NCBI RefSeq assembly: GCF_018350175.1 | Contig: NC_058368.1 | Location: 221,404,001-221,468,000 of the forward strand | From: Felis catus | Lineage: Eukaryota | DNA length: 64,000 bases | Direction: 5' to 3' | Shown here: positions 51,601-64,000 of the stretch, one piece after another | Position numbering within the stretch: the stretch's first letter is position 1 | Layout: each line of letters begins with the position of its first letter | Made by a program: the position numbers and the translations under genes | The notes under the pieces: generated by a model | What the model was told of the DNA's origin: nothing | What the model saw: only the letters and a program-made list of their open reading frames with translations | The model's database searches: none

Positions 51601-54600
51601 CTTTCGGCTGTACGGCATCTGTATACCACCCATTACGGAGGGGGGAAGTGACCAGCAACAAACAGAGCCGTTAATTATACATGATTTAATGTTTCTCGGT
51701 CCCACTTCCTGTCCTCATTTCAGTTGTATTTCACCCTCAGAATACCATTCTCACTTTAAATCATAGTGACAATATGAACAGCGCGTGGATACTTTACGCA
51801 ACTTACCGATGCGAGGGGGTTGCCTCAGCTGTAAGACATGAACTCAGAAGTGATAAAGCATGGCACTCCTTCAGTAAAATGGAATAAGAAATCACTTTGA
51901 CAGAGCCTGGATTCTGGTCTGGGTTGCTGAATGTTTTTTTTTTTTCCCCCCTCTTTCAAGGTCGATGTTCTTTATTTTATGTGGAGTAAATCTTAAGTGA
52001 CAGCACAGGAAGAAATGTCGACAGCCCAGGTTAATGCATTTGGGGTCAAAATGGGCTTCAAAGTGAAGGGAATCAGACCTCTTGAGATATTCAACTAACA
52101 TTCACAAGTTTAAAAGGAATCTTGATTAAATGGCCACTGGTATGTTCAATGCCAAGAGCTGGGGGAGGCATGAAAGGAACACTTTCAGTTGCTTATTAAA
52201 CAAAGGGAACCTCTTTATTTTCGTTTGACTAGGGCACAGCATGAAGGTGTGGTTTAGAATGATTTCCTGTGGCTGCCTTTTCCACCTCAGGGAGTTATAA
52301 GTGACTTATTTTCATTTCTGAGTTGAAAGCGTTGGTCTCTGGGATTTGAAATGACAAGTGTCTTTCCCCACCTTCATCACCTGCCAGCAACTTGAGTACC
52401 ATCTGCCCAGGTGCCAGGTTCTGGTCTGTGGCCCCTCGGGGACCTTCACCTGCATTTGTGTAGGTAGTGCCTAAGGGTAGTCATTTGCATTTATGGGTAA
52501 CACCACCAATTTGTAAAAATAACGCCTAAAAATAAAAGAGGAAATCATGAGTTAGTAACTGAAAACCAAGATCATATCCTGATGATTCATTTGTATATGG
52601 GTTTCCTCTCTTTTATTATGAAATTCCTAATCTGATTATCTATTTTGTTTCATAAACTTATATTTTAAATAAATTAAAACATTCTGGAACACTTAAACTT
52701 GATGTATAAATAGCATCCCTAAAACGGTAATCAAATGATTGTCTTCAAGGAATCTACTCAGATCTTTTTCATTAATACTTCATGTATTATTAAATGCTTT
52801 TGAAAACATACCTTTATTTCTATTTTGCTCCAAATTAGATAAATATTCTAGTTTCTATCAACTGTGTCATTAAAATTAATTTGTTCTGTCAGTGTGCCTC
52901 ATGCAGGTTTATAAAACGCTATAGATTGTGGCCATGGAATGGCCACCGTGCCTGTCACGCTACTCTAAAAAAGATATGTGAATAGATTTTCATTTTCTTT
53001 ATCTACAAACGTTCAGCAAGGTTTGACTATGTTTATAGATTGACTTCAGAACTTTTCTCTATGAATCAAATGAAAGGAAAGTGGACAAACAACTTGACAT
53101 TATTACATTTTGCTTCAGGGTTTTCACTGAATGATCATAGTTTGACTTTTAAAAAACTCCCACATATATGTGTGTTTTAATTTGACTTTGAAAGAGGCAG
53201 TGTCACTTTTGCCTAAATTTTATGTTTCATGTGCAAGAAGGCAGTTCAAAATTAAGGTTTCTGATAATGTTAGGCACTTAACTGTGCCAGAGAGATCTAC
53301 TCAAGGGCACTTAAGTAGACAAGAGTCCCCTGAGAGGATGCCCAGATGAATTTCTATCAAGTTTATTTAGAACCAAATGAATGACTCAAGTGTGTTTCCT
53401 CAAAATGGTCAGGGAATTAGAAATGTGTTCGATTTGACTGGGATTTCCAACTGTTGCTGTAAAGTCCCTCAACATTATTTTATATTCTTTGTGAAAATCA
53501 CAAAGTGTTTGCTTCCTTTTGTGAGGCTTAGAATATACAAATAGTTGTATGTAGATAATAAACTCTTTTGTGTAATGAATGTTAATGGTGCTGATTCCTC
53601 AATACCTCCTTCATTTCATATTTCAGTGATACATTATCAGTAAAACTCTTGTAGCAATATAAAAACAAATACTTTGTTGCATTGTTAGATAGTTCTTTTC
53701 CCATGGAGTCTCTTCAGTTACCTTATGAGAAATAAGCACCAGCATTCTCTCACTTACACATCTAAATTTGCTCGAGACGAGGAATGGTAAATAACATCGT
53801 CCGTGTTACATGAAAAGAGACATACTGTGAATGTCAAGGTAAAGATATCTTTGATTCTATAGTACACAGCTATTTCTTCCAAACAATTTAGGATTCGGGT
53901 CGCATGCCAGAGGCTCATGTGTGCCGTTTCTGGAGGAAGCAGTTTTGTAATAAGCCTTGATATATGCATCAAAGAGAAGGAAGATTCTGTTATCTTTTTT
54001 ACAGATGAGCAAATAGAATACTTTATTTGCAAGGGATAGGAGGGAGGAAGAAGATTTATGAGTAAATATCTTCAGATAAACTGAGTCTCGATAAAATAAC
54101 ATAATGAAACAACCAAAATGCATATCATAAATGCTGACTTCATGCTCATGAAATGAGGCTTTAGGGAAAATTTGAGTTGGCTCCATTTTATACTTGGAAA
54201 AATGACAAAGGAGTGTGACATTCATAGCAGAGCGATGAGCCTAGCTGGTTTACAACTTGACTTTGTCTAGTTCTGCATATGTGGAGCCAATGTGGGGGCT
54301 CTAAATAAGAAGACACAGTATTCAAGAAGTCTTTTTTTTTTCTTTTTCTGGTTAGTTATGTCTTTTATTGGGGGGCTAGGATTTACTATGTTCATTTTTG
54401 TGCGATACATCCATCAAAAGCAATCACTCTTTATTTGCCTTGGGCGACTAGTTGTACAATTACTAGGAATGGAAATTTTAGACCTGCTATAGGTGTTGAG
54501 GAATGGATGAAGTAGGAGCTCCAGGCAAGGGATATTTATGGTCCTGAAGTTATCTTCCACCTTGAACTTCTGCCCAGTGGAAAGTAGACACTATGACAAT

Positions 54601-54807
54601 TTAGCAGTATATATGTTTGAAAGTAAAAAAAAACTATTTTTATTTTCAAAAAAGATTTATTAGTCCATCTCACTATGTTCTTTCAATTTAGGACTGCATC
54701 AAGAACAAGGATGATTTTATCAGTTCTTAGGAATGTATTACCTGCTAAGTGTTTTACATATGTTGTCTTAATTATTCCTCACTGCAATCTTAAGAGTAGG
54801 CATTATT

Positions 54808-55030
54808 GGGGCGACTGGGTGGCGCAGTCGGTTAAGCGTCCGACTTCAGCCAGGTCACGATCTCGCGGTCCGTGAGTTCGAGCCCCGCGTCAGGCTCTGG
54901 GCTGATGGCTCAGAGCCTGGAGCCTGTCTCCGATTCTGTGTCTCTCTCTCTCTCTCTGCCCCTTCCCCGTTCATGCTCTGTCTCTCTCTGTCCCAAAAAT
55001 AAAATAAACGTTGAAAAAAAAATTAAAAAA
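54808..55030 (+). mobile_element. Young felid CanSINE inserted in a MIR relic (~54740-55170)
   Basis: Perfect 16-bp TSD aagagtaggcattatt at 54792-54807 and 55031-55046. The flanks read as MIR (gctaagtgttttacat...attcctcactgcaatct | attacccacttaataaatgaagaaatt). Confidence 0.95.
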
Positions 55031-55748
55031 AAGAGTAGGCATTATTACCCACTTAATAAATGAAGAAATTAAATTAAGAGACATACAGTGATGTGTCTAA
55101 AGTCAAACCTTTAGTGATTCACAAATCTGGAAAGTCAGGTTCATGTCTCTCTAATTCTAAACTCTGTGGTCTTTAAATCTATGTAAAGCTAGGTAGATTT
55201 CGTTTCCAAATTATCCATCCTTCATACATACCATCTGATCCTTAGAACATTTTTTGTAAGAAGCCATTAATAATGCTTTCTATTCCAGTCATTGTCAGGT
55301 GATGTCCTCCTTAACTATTGATTCTCTTACTATTATTATTATTTGTGTGGGGGGTGGGGAGGATTTCTGATTTTTTCACTGCTTTCTTGAGCTTTTTAGT
55401 TTAAGGACCTTGCAAAATAACTTTTATCTTTCTGAATTTTTCACATTCCACTTGAACTCTAGTCAGTTCTGTTTTACCTAACTGATTTAATGTGTCCCAT
55501 AGGTTTGAGTGAGATTCTCCATGCCCCTGCCCCACAGTACTAATATAGTGCCCCTTACCTCCCATTGCAGGGCCAGGAAGCAACCTTGGTGACTAGCATG
55601 AGATATAAAAGGTGCTATGTAAGGGTAAAACACATTGGTTTTATTAAATTTCACAAATCAAAAGCACCTACCTCCCCTGCTTTCTGATCTAATCTACCAC
55701 CATATTGCTCTTTTCTTTTACACCCAAAAATATTTAAAGAATAATTTA

Positions 55749-55872
55749 GGGCTTCCTGGGTGACTCAGTCAGTTAAGTGTCTGACTCTTGATCTCAGCTC
55801 AGGTCTTGATCTCAGGGTTGTGAGTTCAAGCCCCACATTGAGCTTTGCATTGAGCATGAAGCCTACTTAAAA
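55749..55872 (+). mobile_element. Short old CanSINE lacking the CT tract
   Basis: gggcttcctgggtgactcagtcagttaag...gagttcaagccccac...gcatgaagcctacttaaaa. Confidence 0.88.
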
Positions 55873-56034
55873 TCTATATCTATATCTATATCTATATCTA
55901 TATCTATATCTATATCTATATCTATACCTATACCTATATCTATAGATATACAATCTATATCTATAGAGATAGATAGATTATCTATAGAGATAGATAGATA
56001 GATTGTGTATATAGATATAGATAGATATAGATAT
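55873..56034. repeat. (TATATC)n / (GATA)n-(GATATA)n compound microsatellite
   Basis: Directly visible; the unit switches to its reverse complement near 55944. Confidence 0.93.
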
Positions 56035-56934
56035 GAATGCACACATACACATATATATAATTATACACTGTACTTTCTGGTGCTTTCTGTCCTGTTTACT
56101 TTGCAACCTAATTAGCTTAATTTCTGCCCATTTAAGTTCAGTAAGGATACACTTAAAAATTCCAGGAAGAGATCTTAATCACCAAGTATTAGGGATCATA
56201 TTTTCTTTAATCCTCATCTTGATTCATCACTCTCATCTCAAAGGTCTCATTTGCTTGTCATTACCCAACTTGCTTTTTGTCTTCTTTCTGCATGTGCAGC
56301 CATTTCTTCTTCATTTCCTTGGGCTCAAACCCCTCCATTCCCCTTCTACAATGTAATTATCCCCATGACTCGGTCTCTATGTGTTCTCAGCACATCCTTG
56401 GCTTTATTGGCCACTAGTACCAGGGACGCCCAAACTCATTTCCTCACCAGTCCATCACTCTTTGGGACTGTGTGCTATCTCCATATCGTTCTCCACATTA
56501 AATGACACAAATTCAGCCTTTATAAAAAGTGAGACTTTACCACACACTGCTCCTTCTCTTTTACATCTGATTATTAACTTAGGGAGCCAATCATTTACTC
56601 ATGTGACTTCCATTTCCTCTGGTCCAGCTCAGGCAATCAGAAACAAACCCTGCATTAACTTTATAAATCTTTCTCAGTTTCACCTTCTCCTCTTTAACCT
56701 AATTGACATTGCCTTAGTTCATATCCCCCGTCTAGGCAAGAACCCGGGCTATTAAAATAACCTAAACAATTTCACTATTTTTTAGAATACCCTCCCTCCT
56801 TCAGTTTCTCTTACTTTCCTGCTGTGTATAATTTCTAAAAACAAAAATCTTAACCACAACCTTGCTCTGAATACTTATCTTCAATACCTTTCATTCCAGA
56901 AGATTAAGTGTTTATCCTTTTAGGTGGACGCTTG

Positions 56935-58600
56935 TATGATTGAACATTTACCAAGCTAGGCACTAAAGAAACAATGATTGCACTGAAACAACCCTTATAG
57001 GGTAGGTGAGAGGAGCCTTAACCAAATAACCTAGCAAACAAATGTGAAATTACCACCTAACATGTATTAAGAGCATATACCATAGTAACCTGAGGAGCCT
57101 GTGAAGTCAGGCAAGGAGACTTTAAGTTGACAACTGAAGAGTGATAAAAGCTAGGTTAGGAAAGGAAAAAAATGCATCTATCTATCTATCTATCTATCTA
57201 TGTATCTATCTCCAGAGGAAACAAATTGAAGCCAATTGAAAAAAAAATCCTTAAATAGAAAGAGGCTCAGAAAATTTGAAGAAAGGAAAGGCCAGTATAT
57301 TTGAACACAGAGAACAAATAGGATATTGTAACTGATTATTCAGGGCTGTAAAACCACAAGTCTGGTCTTTGTCCTAAATTCAAAGGAAATCAAATGATAG
57401 GTTTAAAGGCAGAGGGGAAAGTGATATGATTAGAAGAAAAAAAAAAAGATGGAAGAGTCCAGGGTAGATGTGGGGAGACAACATAGAAGGTAAGGACAAG
57501 ATATTGTGATAGATTGAGGTATGAGGATTCTAGTGATTATGGAAAGAAGCCGGAAGACTTAAGGGATATTTTGGGATTCTTAATTTGTGCTTAAAAATTT
57601 TAAGACACTTGTTAATGGGTTGAATGGAGGAAGACTGGAATCAAAGAGAAGTACATATTGCTTGCTTGCTGTCTCTCAAAAAATAAAATAAATAAAATAA
57701 AAATAAAAACCATGCCTTGGTGACTCAGTCAGTTGAGCATCTGATTCTTGATTTTGGCTTTGGTCATGATCTCAGGGTCACGGATGCAGCCCCGCATTAG
57801 GCTCCACACTGGGCATGGAACGTGCTTAAGATTCTCTCTCTCCCTCTCTCTGCCTCTCCCCCCTTGTGTGCTCTCTCCCCCCACTAAATTAATTAATTAA
57901 TGAATTAATTAATTAATGGAGATATCAAGAGTAACTCTTAGATGGCTAATTTTCAGAAATGGATAAATGTAGATACCATTTACTGAAATCAGGAACCAGG
58001 GAAAAGGACAGGTATTAAAGGAGGAAGAAAGCCAAATTATGATGTCTGTTTTTGTGCCATTAGATTTATTGTGCCTATGCAACATAAAATATAACATTAC
58101 CAAAGCATATATGAGGATAGTTGAGTATATGGAATAAAACTGAAAATTTTATACTATAAAAACATATAAATAAAACCAAGTTTGAAATATAAATTTTGGA
58201 GATGTTGGCACACAAATGGTAGTTAGAACTAGTTGTAAATGTGATTATATATGGAAAGAATATAGATCTCAAAGGAAAGAAAGCCAAAGATGAGTTTCTA
58301 AGAATTTCATTATTTAATGTCTTTATAGAAGATGATAAGCGTAAGAAGACTGCAAAGGGTGGCAAGGGGAGTGGAGAAGAAATAGAACAGTGAGAGGAAA
58401 AACAGGAGAGTGCCATGGGACACCTGCCAGAGGGAGAGTTTTAAGGTGAAGGGAGGATTCAGTGTCTTTAGCAGCCAGTTTTTATTAGATTTGTCCACTG
58501 GAAGTATATGGATGATCTCATCAACAACTTTTTTAAGTAATGAGTCTGAAACAAATTCAAATAATTTAAGAGTGTTAGTGACAGAGAAAGAAGTGGACTG
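56935..58600 (-). mobile_element. Long degraded L2 fragment (interrupted by (TATC)n and SINE sequence)
   Basis: Purine-rich L2-antisense hallmarks: tgaacatttaccaagctaggcact..., gaagtcaggcaagg...aagttgacaactgaag, gatggctaattt...ccatttactgaaatcaggaa, atataaattttggagatgttggca. Confidence 0.6.
57711..57890 (+). mobile_element. Old CanSINE, preceded by a SINE 3'-tail stub (57660-57710)
   Basis: ccttggtgactcagtcagttgagcatctgattcttgattttggc...taagattctctctc. Confidence 0.88.
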
Positions 58601-59777
58601 AAACTTCGACAGTACATAATGCTTCTTGATAATTTTTCCTGTGAGGGAGAAAAGAGGATTGTGTGCTGTGCATTAGAGGGTCTGTTTATTTACTTGTTTA
58701 ATTTTTTTGGATGGGTCTATATATGCAGAAGAAAGATTTAGCTAAAAAATCAATGCCAAATATATAAAAGGAGAAAGTTGAATTCAAGATGCCCTAAATT
58801 ATATGCTGTTAGATGTCTAGCAAAAATTTGTGACCCTCTAAGGTAAAACAACCATCTCTAAAGCAGTAAATCGTTATAGATTCTGTGGGTAATTGCTGCA
58901 TAGGTCCTAAAGGCATTCAAATTTAAAAACTTACACTGTCCATCAAGTATTAAGAACTTTGGTGAGAGAATTGTTCTACATAGGAGACTGAATGATTCAC
59001 CTGCCATAAAATGAAGAGTTAAAAAATAAAAGGATAAAAGGCAGGGTGGCTTAGGTAGAAAGAGTAGCAAGATTAGGCAGTCAAATAATTGATGACCTAG
59101 GGTATTCCCATGTCATTTATGATGTTATCCATGTTCACAGCAGGTGTTATAAGAGGGGTAAAATCTCTGAGAATTTCCATATTTCTTGAAAAATGAGGGA
59201 AGTGAACAAGATCCAATCTTTGTAACATAAGCCATCCTCAACTATCCTTCTGCCCTGGACTCGCAATCTTCTAAGCCAGGCTTTCCACGCAAATACCCTA
59301 GGTTCTCTGACTGCACCCTGAGCACCTCCCCCACCTACATCTGCATATGTTAGTTGCTTCTTCTCCTTAATAATACCTATCCATTCTCTTGGGTGAACTA
59401 ATGCTACTCATTCTTGAAGACACAGATCACATAATTTTCCCACTCTTACTACCTCCCTAGGCCTCTAAAGTCTAGGACTTTGTTGGTGCTCAATTAAGAG
59501 ATGAAATGATTAGATTGTTCAGTCCCATAATTTAGATGTGACTCTATTTTGAATTTGTTTCTGATGGCCTTGTTTAATTTTATAGTCCCATTGATTTTCC
59601 TCCAATAAGAATGCTAATGATCAGATTGAGAGACTTAAAAAAAAAAATTCTAGCATACAGGAGCTAATCTTGTTTTGTTGGTTGGTTGGTTGAACTTTTA
59701 ACAGAGTAACAATCTTTTAAAGTTAATTTATTTTATTTTTAAAAAGAATTACAATTTGTGTTTTAGATATGTATTAA

Positions 59778-59995
59778 GGGGCACCTGGGTGGCTCAGTTG
59801 GTTAAGCGTCCAACTTTGGTGTAGGTCATGATCTCGCTGTTCCCGAGGTCAAGCCCTGTGTCAGGCTCTGTGGTGACAGCTCAGATCCTGGAGCCTGCTT
59901 CAGATTCTGTGTCTCCTTCTTTCTCTACTCCTCTCCGACTAGCTCTCTCTCTCTCTCTCTCTCTCTCTCAAAAATAAATAAAACATTAAAAAAAA
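59778..59995 (+). mobile_element. Felid CanSINE
   Basis: TSD agatat(g/a)tattaa. Confidence 0.95.
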
Positions 59996-60859
59996 GATAT
60001 ATATTAAAAAAATTAACTTTCTGAAACATTTAATTTGTCTTCAAACTTTCAGGTAATGAGCAAAATATAGTAGTGTATATTTAATTTCAATTAAATACTT
60101 TAAAGACAAAGTCCAAAAATCTTTAAGTGTTTTCTATTTATAGTACTATTTATAGTACTCTTCTTATTGGACAAATGAAATTAACTTGCTTCAAAGAATA
60201 GTCTTTAAAATTTCATAAACCCATATGTGATAACAACACAAACAATCACATTCACCAAATTAGTTTTGCCCTGTTATATTCGTTACCTTTGGAAAAAATA
60301 CCACGAGGAATAGATGTCCAGGCACTTAGAGAGGTGAATTCCATTTTGTATTGATAAATGTAGACATTCAAGATGCTATTTTAGTCATTAGTTTCTTTAT
60401 TGCATTGGTTTGTTGACTGCCTGTTATAAGCTGACTATATACAGTTAATGTGACTGTTATGTGTTAAGGCTTTCTCTAAGTCTTCAACATTTGTAATACC
60501 ATTTTTAACCCAAGGGTAGGTGTTATCACCTTTATATTCCAGATGGTTAACGGTGTTTCAAGTGCATAGGCTTGAATTTGGACTCAGAACTGTGAGTCCT
60601 CACCTCACAATTTTAACCATTGTGCAAGACTGTCTTTTCAGAATGAAATCATTAAAGAGAGTTCCAGATGCAAATAATCAGTGCTTGTTATTGTTAAAGT
60701 GCAATCTATTCACTAAATCAAATTTGGAAGTAGATATATATAATCTAAAAAGGGAAACTGCCTTTAATTCCAAACTTTCTTTTCTATTTTCCAGCCTTCT
60801 TTTGGTATAAAAGACCCACAAAACAACATAGATTGTCTCTGAGTATTGCAAAGTTGAAA

Positions 60860-61250
60860 CAATTCATAATGCCCAGAGTTGGCAGTATTTGGGAGCATAC
60901 CCCTATGGACTATCCCTAAGAGTATGAATTGGTACAAACTTTCACAATCTCAACCTGACAATGGATGTTACATGTTGACAGCATGTATCCAGCAATTTCT
61001 GTTTCTAAGAGTCTAAGGGAAATGATCAGAGAAAAACTACAAAGATGTATGAACAAGATACTCATTGCATTGCAGTGGTATTTATAACATGGGGGAAATT
61101 TTTTTAGACCACCAAAATATATATGCATTTAAAAAGAAATTTCCTGAAAAAATATTACTATTTATAGATATAGGTATTTATAGTTTTGAAAATATATGAT
61201 ATCCATTATAAAAACGATGTATTACAATGACCCAAGAAAAATTTTAATGA
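60860..61250 (+). mobile_element. Old L1M fragment (end of ORF2)
   Basis: gagtatgaattggtacaaactt...atccagcaatttctgtttctaag...aagatgtatgaacaagatactcattgca. Confidence 0.6.
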
Positions 61251-61549
61251 ACATTTGAATAATTACATCATTGATATCTCAGGATAGCCACAGTGTTTGA
61301 GTTGAATCTTAGAAATTTTTCATTTGGACTTGTAGGGAGAAGTAGCCACCCATCTGGGGGAGTTTAACTTTGGGCTCTGATTTGAAATTTGGATAGAAAT
61401 TAACCAGAAAAAGAGAGAGGTTTTAAAATCCCACTAGGCAGAAAGGAATGATCAATTAAACCTACAAAGATGAAAGAAAGCCTTGAATATTTGCAATTAC
61501 ATTTTGGTGTTTGTGGAATAGGTTGTGGAACCACAAAGATGTAGCTAGT

Positions 61550-61746
61550 GGGGTGCCTGGGTGGCTCAGTTGTATGAGTGTCCGACCTTGGCTCATGCAG
61601 TGATCTCATGGGTTACTGAGTTGGAGCCCCGCATCGGTCTCCCTGTTGTCAGCTTGGAGCCCACTTTGGATCCTCTGTCTTCCTCTCTCTCTGCCCCTCT
61701 CCCTCTCATGCTCTCTCTCCAAAATAAAATAAACATTAAAAAAAAG
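61550..61746 (+). mobile_element. CanSINE
   Basis: TSD aaagatg(t/c)agctag. Confidence 0.93.
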
Positions 61747-62699
61747 AAAGATGCAGCTAGAAAAGTGTACAGGAGTCAAATCATTTCTTTTCTTTCACTG
61801 TCATTAGTGGTACCAACATTTCCTATTGCCTTCTTTTTTTATAATTTGAAAATAGTGACATTATTGTCAAAATAAAAGAAATTATTTTTCCGATACTCTA
61901 ATATTAATTGTTAATATTATATAATAATAGATAATTTATTATCAGAATTAAGAGTTGACTGAGCTATATTTATTAATGCTAGTCACATTCTTATCAGTCA
62001 AAATAATCTCTGTCATACATATTTAAAAATGTACAAAGAGTTGGAAAAGCGAAGAGAAAAAACTTCTAGATGTTTTTAGAGAAAAGAACACGTGAAGCAG
62101 CCCCTCTATAGATTGTGTGTCTCTAAGTGTTTCGCTGTGTGATCAGTGGGTGGGTCCTCACTCTTTTTCAGTCTCATAGCCAAGGTTGCACTAGGACAGC
62201 AGTCATGATGACTGTAATCCAGCCATGTGTGTGATTAATTTCTAAATGCAGAAATCAATCTGTATATAGCTTTAATCACTTCCAAAGCTATATACAGATC
62301 CAACAGAAAACTAACTCCAAATTAAAGTCTGCACTTGAATATGGATTTTCTTTGAATAGTTGGACTTTCAAGGAATTCATGGAATTTTCTAGGTCGATGC
62401 TATATCTGCCTTTTGTGCTGCACAGTTTGAGCTTGGGATTCATACTCCTCTCCCCTGTGAGACAAAGTTTTTCAGGCACCAAGTATTACAGAGTGATCCC
62501 CACACCCAAATTAGGGGAAGTTTCCTCTTGTTTTTCTAATTTATTCTCATTTTTCCAAAAAATAAATAAATATAGTTAACAACAACAAAGTAAAACCATT
62601 TCTGTGAAAAAAAATAATAGATTCCAAGGAAATACACAATTTGGGGATTTTTTGACTTGGCTCTACTATGACCATGTGATTTATATAAACACTTCACTT

Positions 62700-63420
62700 C
62701 AATTAATGAATATTCCCTCAAAGCCTGCCATGCACTAAATTCTGAGGATGCAGTAGCAAACTAGAAAGTCAAATTCTTTGTTTTACAGCATTTATACTCA
62801 GTGAAGCAATAAACAAGTAAATATGTGTTCTATCCGGTTATTATAAATACTATAAATAAAAATACAAGAGTAAGAGGATAGAAATGGATATGTGCCTGTG
62901 TGAGGTTCAGTGGTGTGGAAGGGCTTTTCTGATCAGATGGCACTTGAGTCCAGATCTGAAGGAAGTAAAGGGACAAAGCATGAAGATATCCAGATGAAGG
63001 ATCTTCCAGAGAAATATGGCCAGAGGCTAATGAGAGAAACAGAGGGAGGGTGGTGGATTGTGAAATTGAAGAGGTAGAAAACAGTGAGATCCTACGGGGA
63101 CTCTTAGTTTGGATTTTGCTGCTGGCAGAAAGGGAGTGCCATGTTCTGACTAAATGATTGCTTTGGCTTCCCTGTGGATGAGATTTGGTTTGATGAGAGG
63201 GAAGGTGAAAACAGAGAGACCAGATAGGATGACAGTCAGGCAGAAAGTGATGATAACTTGGAGTAGGGTATCTGTAATGAAGACATGGACCCGCATGGCA
63301 GTACCAAGGAAATATTTGAGAAAGAAGCAACCAGACCTGCTGCTGGAATCGATAAGGAAGGAAAAAAAGATGGCGTTCAGCATGTCATCTAAGAAACTAA
63401 GTGGCTGCTCATTTGAGTGA
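62700..63420 (-). mobile_element. L2 fragment
   Basis: gcctgccatgcactaaattctgaggatgcagtagcaa...gcatttatactcagtg...cagatggcacttgagtccagatctgaaggaag...gatgataacttggagtaggg. Confidence 0.7.
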
Positions 63421-64000
63421 GCAAGCCAGGAAGAAAGCAAAATAGGAGATAATTGAGTAAAGAATGCCGCTTAGCAAATGTCAAGATCCAAACACGCTAT
63501 TTCAAGGGTAAGGATGACTGTTTCCTAAAACATGTTGATTAAAATATTATATGTTAATCAGAATTTACCTCAAAATATTTTCAAATGAAAACAAAAAGGA
63601 AGAAAACAGTGAAGGGATTTATGTGGTTTTAAGTCTTTCATTTAGCATGAAATGTCAACCTTTTGTTGCTACCTGTTAGATATAGGACTGTCATCCTTTA
63701 CTCTGGAGGCCACAGGCACACCACTAGCACTTAAGACGTGTGCATGCATGTGCGTGTGTGTGCATAGAAGATTATTTGGGGACAGTACATAACCTAAAAG
63801 TGGGATGTGATCCCCCAATCTCTCAGCAAACCACAGGTACGTGCTAAGATCAAGTACATCTGCGCTTTAATCACTGCAGGAAAGACTGGAACAGAGGGTC
63901 CCCACTCTTGTAATGGTTTGCAGATATTTGTGGGGTGGGAGCAGAACACTTAGGAGCTCTATCAAGATTTGTGCTTTCCGTTTGAGGAGTGGCCCAGTTA

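Noticed and set aside
2047..61875. Family of similar short ORFs (MAQSV...AQSLEPASDSVSPSLSAPPP; ...ERGRGRERGRHRI...) resembling a multigene family
   Set aside because: All are translations of CanSINE copies on either strand
62830..63440. 166-aa and overlapping ORFs
   Set aside because: They lie in degraded L2 sequence with strand-biased composition and show no protein motif
1..64000. CRISPR array, prokaryotic operon, NUMT or endogenous viral coding sequence
   Set aside because: No regularly spaced repeat-spacer array, no gene-dense region, and no mitochondrial or gag/pol/env-like peptide seen in the ORF track

Overview
AT-rich mammalian genomic DNA, almost certainly from a cat-family (felid) carnivore. 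It carries about 32 tRNA-derived CanSINE (SINEC) copies, several matching the youngest felid type with intact CpGs and perfect target-site duplications (TSDs). It also holds a dead L1 ORF2 fragment, old L1M/L2/MIR/MLT/MER5/Tigger relics and several microsatellites. I recognise no protein-coding gene. The window reads as large-intron or intergenic sequence, and most ORF-track entries are SINE, L1 or microsatellite shadows. The best non-repeat signal is a CpG-enriched, SINE-free island at ~29.0-29.65 kb ending in a perfect + strand splice donor (AAG|GTAAGT), probably an alternative promoter or non-coding 5' exon, possibly with a 17-nt microexon. Weaker leads are a phase-compatible chain of minus-strand exon-like segments of unknown product and strong block-wise clustering of SINE orientation. 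I found no convincing novel biological system. Repeat names are by recall of consensus sequences, not database search, and old-repeat boundaries are approximate.
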